IMG/VR virus record: IMGVR_UViG_3300036760_000035
Span: 1-52,784 of that record
Reading direction: 5' to 3' (one strand)
Length of the DNA stretch: 52,784 bases
Origin: a virus
Taxonomy: Duplodnaviria; Caudoviricetes
A model generated the notes under the pieces. The model was not told the DNA's origin. It did not search any database and saw only the letters and a program-made list of their open reading frames with translations. Below are positions 47,614 to 52,784 of this stretch, one piece after another; the stretch's first letter is position 1, and each line of letters begins with the position of its first letter. The position numbers were made by a program, and so were the translations under genes.

Positions 47614-48645
47614 ATGGGAGTAGTTCTCAATCTCGTTGATGTTCAACGTAAAAAGATGAAGGCTAAAGACCCTGCTGGCGCTGCTGTTGTGGAACAGTTT
47701 ATTCAAGAGTGTGACATTGCTGCACTTCTTCCGTTTGAAACATTAGGCACGACCGAAGTTTCACATCGTAGAACAAATTCAATTCCAACAATCGGATTCA
47801 GACAGGGTAGAGGAACATCCTTCGGCACAGTTGCCGGTACAACAACCGACAAGGTTATGGATGCAGTATTCGACATGGGTGCCCAGGTCGATGCTGACAA
47901 GACTGATATCATGGACAAGGAAGCCGGTGATATCATAGGCGATAGAATTAAGGAAGCAACACGTGGAATGACGTGGACATTCCTCGATTATTTCTACAAC
48001 GGCGATCACGCAGTCGAGCCACACGGCTTTGAGGGCGTCAAGGTCAGACTTGCCAATCTTGGCGCTGGCCAGATTGTTTATGGTAATGCTTCTAACGCGG
48101 AGCTAGATGTTCGCGCATCTGCTTCACCTTCTGACGCAACACTGTATACATTCCTCGATAAGATCGACGAGACGATTGATCAATGTGACGGACACACGCC
48201 AGATATTGCCATCACAAGTTCTGACTTCATTGCAACACTGAGAAGTGTGCTAAGAAGACTTGGCAAGTATACAGAGAGACCGCTCGAAGGGCCTGGTAAG
48301 TTCGGTGACAATAGACGGAGAACATCCGCCAATCTGGTCAATCAACCAGTTCTTATCTACCCGGAGGAAAAGGGCGTCAAGTGGTATGACATGGGATTTA
48401 AGGCAGACCAAACAACGAGAGTTGTTGGTATAGAAACAGTTAACTCTGTTGCCTGCCGTCCGGTGGTTTTCCTTAAGATTGGTAAGCCATATCTTTATGG
48501 AATCCAACAATACGATATAACAGTGTCTAAGGCTGAGAAGCTTGACGACGGTGTTACTTTCAGAACAACAATCGACTGGCCCGTGGGTCTTCATCATGTT
48601 CATATTAAGAGCATGTCGAAACTTGCTGGCGTCAGAGTGGCATAA
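47614..48645 (+). CDS. Major capsid protein
   Basis: 343 aa after scaffold; LPF, P..GFR, FYNGD...P..FEG and RTTIDW.VGL patterns; AGGAG RBS. Confidence 0.85.
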   Translation: MGVVLNLVDVQRKKMKAKDPAGAAVVEQFIQECDIAALLPFETLGTTEVSHRRTNSIPTIGFRQGRGTSFGTVAGTTTDKVMDAVFDMGAQVDADKTDIMDKEAGDIIGDRIKEATRGMTWTFLDYFYNGDHAVEPHGFEGVKVRLANLGAGQIVYGNASNAELDVRASASPSDATLYTFLDKIDETIDQCDGHTPDIAITSSDFIATLRSVLRRLGKYTERPLEGPGKFGDNRRRTSANLVNQPVLIYPEEKGVKWYDMGFKADQTTRVVGIETVNSVACRPVVFLKIGKPYLYGIQQYDITVSKAEKLDDGVTFRTTIDWPVGLHHVHIKSMSKLAGVRVA

Positions 48646-48656
48646 GGAGGAGTAAA

Positions 48657-49100
48657 ATGAGAGATTCAAGAATCACGCTATTCGCCGGACTGCCAGTCAC
48701 TATCAACTCGGCTATAACAACAACCGGTAGCACACTTGATTTCAAGGCTGGCGTGGGCCAGTATGTCGGCGATTACTTTGAGGGGTCTCCCGGAAGCCTT
48801 CCGGTAGAGTTAATGTTCTCCAGTATTACCAGTACAAATAACAATGCCGTAGTCACATGGGAAGTTTCTGATAATGGTTCAAACTGGGTAGTGGATCAAG
48901 AGATTTATAGCGGTGAATTATCTGTCACCATGGGAACACTTGGAACCAAGGTCATTCTTCCAACAAGGCTTAATACCCCAAGGCGGTATGGAAGATTGAA
49001 GGTAGTTACGTCAGGAATGTCTGGTAGTTCCTTCATTCTTAACGCCTGGGTAAGCGACGGCGTTACAGACTTTGCTAGGGCAACTCAGATCAGAGTTTAG
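48657..49100 (+). CDS. Capsid cement/decoration protein (Bbp16-like)
   Basis: Follows the MCP; MRD...F start and RRYGRL motif; AAGGAGGAG RBS. Confidence 0.65.
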   Translation: MRDSRITLFAGLPVTINSAITTTGSTLDFKAGVGQYVGDYFEGSPGSLPVELMFSSITSTNNNAVVTWEVSDNGSNWVVDQEIYSGELSVTMGTLGTKVILPTRLNTPRRYGRLKVVTSGMSGSSFILNAWVSDGVTDFARATQIRV

Positions 49101-49126
49101 TAACTACGACATTTAGTAGAATAATT

Positions 49127-49150
49127 GGCCCTTGAAAGAGGGCCTTTATT
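49127..49150 (+). terminator. Terminator after the capsid genes
   Basis: GGCCCTT-gaaa-GAGGGCC followed by TTTATT. Confidence 0.75.
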
Positions 49151-49190
49151 CATATGTTATAATAAATGTATCTAAAACAGGGGTATAATT

Positions 49191-49550
49191 TTGATCGCTA
49201 GAAAAAGACACGAGGAAGCCACCACAGATGGTAAGTACCTCTATATTGTAGAAACATTCCTGCGAGATCCGGCGACGTTAAAGATTGATTATACGAAGCA
49301 ATCGAAGTTCACAGGGAGGCGACTAGGTGTCAACTTTGTAAACGGCAAAGGAAAGACCAAGCACAGAAATAAGGCAATCTATTTCTCTGGTGTACTGGAG
49401 TACCGAGTCTCTCTTAACAAAGAAGATAAACCATGGATAGAGATTGACGAAGATGGACAGAAGAATACAGAAACCCTCGGGGACGATGACGAACTGTATT
49501 TGACAGAGGAAGAGATTGAAGATGATGAGAGTGTGTTAAGTGGAACGTAA
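49191..49550 (+). CDS. Hypothetical protein with acidic tail
   Basis: ORF after the capsid terminator. Confidence 0.65.
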   Translation: MIARKRHEEATTDGKYLYIVETFLRDPATLKIDYTKQSKFTGRRLGVNFVNGKGKTKHRNKAIYFSGVLEYRVSLNKEDKPWIEIDEDGQKNTETLGDDDELYLTEEEIEDDESVLSGT

Positions 49551-49797
49551 CAGATTGCCGAAGCCTGTTCCTGTTCAGCGAGAAGTGTTTGAGGATATGC
49601 CAATGATAGTTGTGCCACCCGAACCACAGACCGTGCAGATGGACATCCAGGCACTGGCTAACCAATATAACATTCTTACTAATCTTGTTTCTGAAAACAT
49701 ACAATTGAGACAATACGTAGCCAAGCTAGAAGAGGCAGTGAAGCTTCTCCAGCTTACGCAAAAGGGAGAAGCTAATGGCGAGACCAAGACAGAATAA
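49540..49797 (+). CDS. Hypothetical coiled-coil protein
   Basis: Overlapping coupling with its neighbours. Confidence 0.55.
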   Translation: MERNRLPKPVPVQREVFEDMPMIVVPPEPQTVQMDIQALANQYNILTNLVSENIQLRQYVAKLEEAVKLLQLTQKGEANGETKTE

Positions 49798-50074
49798 TGG
49801 AGAATTAGGCACAGCACTTGTAAGAAACGCAACTACGGTTGTTGTTTCTGGTGCTGGTTTTTTGGGCAGGTTAGTCATTCATACAGTTGCATCTTCGACT
49901 ACAATTATTATTTATGATGGAATTACAGCGTCAGGGACAATCATTTATTCCTGGGTTGCTGCTGACGGGAAGGTTGATCTTGAATTGAATTATCCGTTCT
50001 CTACTGGATTAACAATTGTTATGTCAGATCATGCAACAGCAGGAGTTATTACATACGGAAAGGGAGCAAGTTAA
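49775..50074 (+). CDS. Putative small virion protein
   Basis: G.G.LG...I...YDG..ASG...F..GL.I pattern; GGGAG RBS. Confidence 0.65.
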   Translation: MARPRQNNGELGTALVRNATTVVVSGAGFLGRLVIHTVASSTTIIIYDGITASGTIIYSWVAADGKVDLELNYPFSTGLTIVMSDHATAGVITYGKGAS

Positions 50075-50598
50075 TGAATAAAGCTAAGCAATTATGGAGA
50101 AGGTTATTCTATACTCGTGCCCTTTGGGCGGGAGAGTTGTCTGTTGGTAGCGCCGCGCTGTCGGCGAAGCTAATTCGCGGAGACGGAACAGTTAAGGACT
50201 ACGGTGTTATCTGCCGCAAGAAGGTAACTGGAGCGTTCGTTACATTCATCGTTGCAAATATGGTTACTGACACAGCAGAGATTGGTGACTTCAAATACCA
50301 TGGTTCTGGAATTGGAGTAACAGCCGAGGCAAATACGCAGACGGCACTTGTTGATACAACTGGTTGTCCTGCCCGTTCTACCGGCACACAGGTACAGGGT
50401 GGAACAGCCGCTGCGCCTACATATACATCCGTAGGCACACAGGCATATACAACTGGTCTTGCCATTACAGAGCATGCCGTCTTTAGCCAGGTAACATCCG
50501 CTACAATGATGGATCGTAGTTTGTTCTCTGCTATTAACGTTGTCAATGGTGACTCGATCCAATTCACTTATGTTCTCACGATAAATGCCGAGGCATAA
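50074..50598 (+). CDS. Putative virion structural protein
   Basis: AITEHAVF...DRSLFSAINVVNGDSIQFTY pattern typical of tail-associated proteins. Confidence 0.7.
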   Translation: MNKAKQLWRRLFYTRALWAGELSVGSAALSAKLIRGDGTVKDYGVICRKKVTGAFVTFIVANMVTDTAEIGDFKYHGSGIGVTAEANTQTALVDTTGCPARSTGTQVQGGTAAAPTYTSVGTQAYTTGLAITEHAVFSQVTSATMMDRSLFSAINVVNGDSIQFTYVLTINAEA

Positions 50599-50621
50599 TA
50601 CGTAAGTAAACCGGAGGCACG

Positions 50622-50891
50622 ATGCCAAACATTCGTTCACAACGAATTGATAACACTGGTTTAGAGATCATCGCGAGTGATGGACGAAGTATCTCCATCA
50701 CTCGTGCAGATGTGTTTGCACATTTTGATTCTTTGAGTGGTGGAAAACCAGCTAAGATAACTGCAACTATACAATGGGTGAAAGATCAGATTGTGTCGGC
50801 GTTAGGAGAAGAACAAGTCCCGGTGGTTATTATGGATTTTACATGGCATGACGTGAAGGGTATTGATCGCTTCTCGTTTAATGATATCTAA
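50622..50891 (+). CDS. Hypothetical protein
   Basis: GGAGG RBS; coupled to the fibre gene. Confidence 0.65.
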   Translation: MPNIRSQRIDNTGLEIIASDGRSISITRADVFAHFDSLSGGKPAKITATIQWVKDQIVSALGEEQVPVVIMDFTWHDVKGIDRFSFNDI

Positions 50892-52784
50892 TGGCCTATC
50901 AACAAATTACTGGTGCCGAGACGGGCGACTTCTCTGAGGCCAACGCCACCTCCGGGACAGTTTCTGTCCAATCCACTACCAAGCGCACCGGCAGTTATGC
51001 TTATCGCCTAAACCCAACTGCGGGCGGTGGCTATATAGAGTTCAACGGTTTCGCCGCCAACGGCAAAATGGCTAGCTTTGGCGCTAGTCAATGGGCGACA
51101 TTCTACATTAGATTTGCCTCTTTGCCAGGGGCCTCTGCGGAGCTAGGTCGCTTCCACGAATTGACCGGCTCAGGCAATATGGTAGCCAGACTATTTGTAG
51201 ATGCGTCTGGGAATCTTACTATTCAGGGCAACGGTGTGGCAAGCGGGACAGTAGCGACGTTATCGGCCAACACCTGGTATCGCATAGACTTCCGCGCTGC
51301 TAATGCGGGCACTTGCGGGGTAGCTGTAGATGGTGGCGCAGAGACTACAGTCACCGGAGCAGCACAGGTGGTTAACTTCTTCGCCGTTGGAAATACCGGC
51401 GGTGTTGACACCTATGATCTCTTTGTTGACGACATTGCTGTTAATAATGCAGGCTATCCAGGTAACGGGTTTGTAACTTGTCTGCGCCCAATAGGCGCTG
51501 GCGCGCTTGGCGAATGGGGTAATGGTACTGGCGCCACCTTCGCCGAAGTAGACGACGCTGCGCCTGGGCACGATAGTGACACTACCTATATCGGCGCCTC
51601 AGCAACAGAAGACAATCAAGATTCAACGTTTGATATGACCAGTTCATCCACGGCTGGAATAACAGGAGTAATAAAATCTGTTAAATCTTCGGCTGTAGTT
51701 AGAACAGACTCTACAGCCGGCACAAGTGCTATTTTCTTAAAGACTATTGCTAATGGCACTAACGAGGCAACGGCCGCTGAGGCGACAACTACTTATACCC
51801 TTTGGGGAAAGTTATTCGACGCTGATGTAGGCGCTGCCCCATGGACAACAACGGTTTTAGATACGCTTGAAGTTGGAGTCGGGGCCAATACAATCGCGCA
51901 GGCCCAGCGATGCACAGCAATTTACGCTTGCGTATGGTGGAGTCCGTTAAACTTATCATCATTATCTGGTACCGCTGGAGCGCTGACTGGTACCATTGCA
52001 AGATTAACCAATAAACCACTTACCGGGGTAATGGGCGCACTGACCGGAGCACTGGCCAAATTAACCAATAAAGCTCTCTCAGGGGTTGCCGGGGGGATCA
52101 CGGGTGCGATCACAAGGCTGACAAATAAAGCGCTGAATGGGATCAACGGTGCGTTAACAGGAATATTGCAAACTGTTTATATTCCTAGCGGAACGTTGTA
52201 TTTCCAGAATGTTGCAGGAGCAATCAGCACATTAACTGGCGCAATCGCATTACAAACGAACAAAGCATTATCAGGGGCGACGGCAGCAATAACTGGAACT
52301 GTCTCCATGTTAACGAGCAAGGCGCTCTCAGGAACTATGGGTGCGCTCACAGGCATTGTAAACAAGCTAACAAAGATATCACTCTCTGGCACAGTCGGTG
52401 CGACGGCAGGATCTCTTGTGAAAAAGACACTCAAATCATTAACTGGTTCTGTCAGTACATTATCTGGAACATTAGCACGGTTTACAAGCAAATCCCTCCA
52501 TGGCATAGCAGGATCGCTAACAGGCGCTTTATCTACTCTCAGGTTTGTGTCCATATCCCTTTCGGGCACCATGGGTACATTAACTGGATCCTTAACAAGA
52601 TCCACATTTAAAAGTGTTGTTGGTATAGTTGGTCTTACTGGAACTATAAATAAACTCATAAGCAAATCATTCTCTGGAAGCACAGGAACAATTTCTGGAA
52701 TAGTAACACCTGTTATACCAACGATTGCGCGTGTTATAATGAAAGCTGGTAGAGCGATCAGAGCATATATTCCTGGTGGAACAA
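50891..52784 (+). CDS. Virion fibre/appendage protein, ~634 aa, spanning the circular junction (stop TAA at 136-138)
   Basis: Missing from the ORF track. ATG at 50891 overlaps the upstream TAA (MAYQQITGAETGDFSE...). The frame stays open to the window end and continues at base 1 to ...IARVIMKAGRAIRAYIPGGTRRI*. Beta-rich N-terminal half plus ~13 copies of a 19-aa repeat. Confidence 0.85.
   Translation, partial: MAYQQITGAETGDFSEANATSGTVSVQSTTKRTGSYAYRLNPTAGGGYIEFNGFAANGKMASFGASQWATFYIRFASLPGASAELGRFHELTGSGNMVARLFVDASGNLTIQGNGVASGTVATLSANTWYRIDFRAANAGTCGVAVDGGAETTVTGAAQVVNFFAVGNTGGVDTYDLFVDDIAVNNAGYPGNGFVTCLRPIGAGALGEWGNGTGATFAEVDDAAPGHDSDTTYIGASATEDNQDSTFDMTSSSTAGITGVIKSVKSSAVVRTDSTAGTSAIFLKTIANGTNEATAAEATTTYTLWGKLFDADVGAAPWTTTVLDTLEVGVGANTIAQAQRCTAIYACVWWSPLNLSSLSGTAGALTGTIARLTNKPLTGVMGALTGALAKLTNKALSGVAGGITGAITRLTNKALNGINGALTGILQTVYIPSGTLYFQNVAGAISTLTGAIALQTNKALSGATAAITGTVSMLTSKALSGTMGALTGIVNKLTKISLSGTVGATAGSLVKKTLKSLTGSVSTLSGTLARFTSKSLHGIAGSLTGALSTLRFVSISLSGTMGTLTGSLTRSTFKSVVGIVGLTGTINKLISKSFSGSTGTISGIVTPVIPTIARVIMKAGRAIRAYIPGGT
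52658..52784. repeat. Terminal direct repeat, copy 2 (circular assembly overlap)
   Basis: Identical to 1-127. Confidence 0.95.

Noticed and set aside
52193-52215. TLYFQN resembling a TEV protease site
   Set aside because: It does not match ENLYFQ(G/S) and corresponds to NYTQN in the paralog; coincidental
52658-52784. 127-bp terminal repeat as a biological DTR
   Set aside because: It falls mid-gene and its length matches a common assembler k-mer; it only shows circularity
50891-52784. Diversity-generating retroelement acting on the fibres
   Set aside because: No reverse transcriptase and no TR/VR pair differing only at adenines; the repeats are degenerate protein repeats

Overview
This is a complete, circularly assembled genome of a tailed dsDNA phage. 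Bases 1-127 equal 52658-52784, so the unit length is 52,657 bp. The gene set points to a podovirus-type virion, and no integrase or repressor is recognisable. Two arms diverge from a non-coding control region at about 21.9-22.8 kb. The leftward (-) arm (21.9 to 10.2 kb) holds small early genes, an amidoligase plus class II glutamine amidotransferase pair, Prim-Pol, a Cas4-like nuclease, a resolvase and ThyX. The rightward (+) arm holds about 10 tRNAs, dCMP deaminase, class II RNR, DnaB, HNH, an intein-containing TerL, portal, ejection proteins (one of 2489 aa), scaffold, capsid, fibre and tail genes, a GH25 lysin, a metallophosphoesterase and a vWA protein. The arms meet at a bidirectional terminator at about 10.0 kb. 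The most unusual signals are: (1) two homologous 55-nt leader mini-ORFs (consensus SI-x-QWN-x-E-xx-QHG) overlapping the start codons of two unrelated late genes in identical +1 geometry; (2) a ~210-nt GC-rich, multi-helix and possibly switchable RNA-like element in a cassette flanked by 11-bp direct repeats; (3) non-standard tRNAs, namely Ile-UAU, three short-arm Leu tRNAs and aberrant CAU and His tRNAs; (4) a class-3-type intein in the TerL Walker A motif; (5) paralogous fibres sharing a 19-aa stalk repeat and a C-terminal motif. All calls come from reading motifs by eye; no database searches or folding programs were run.
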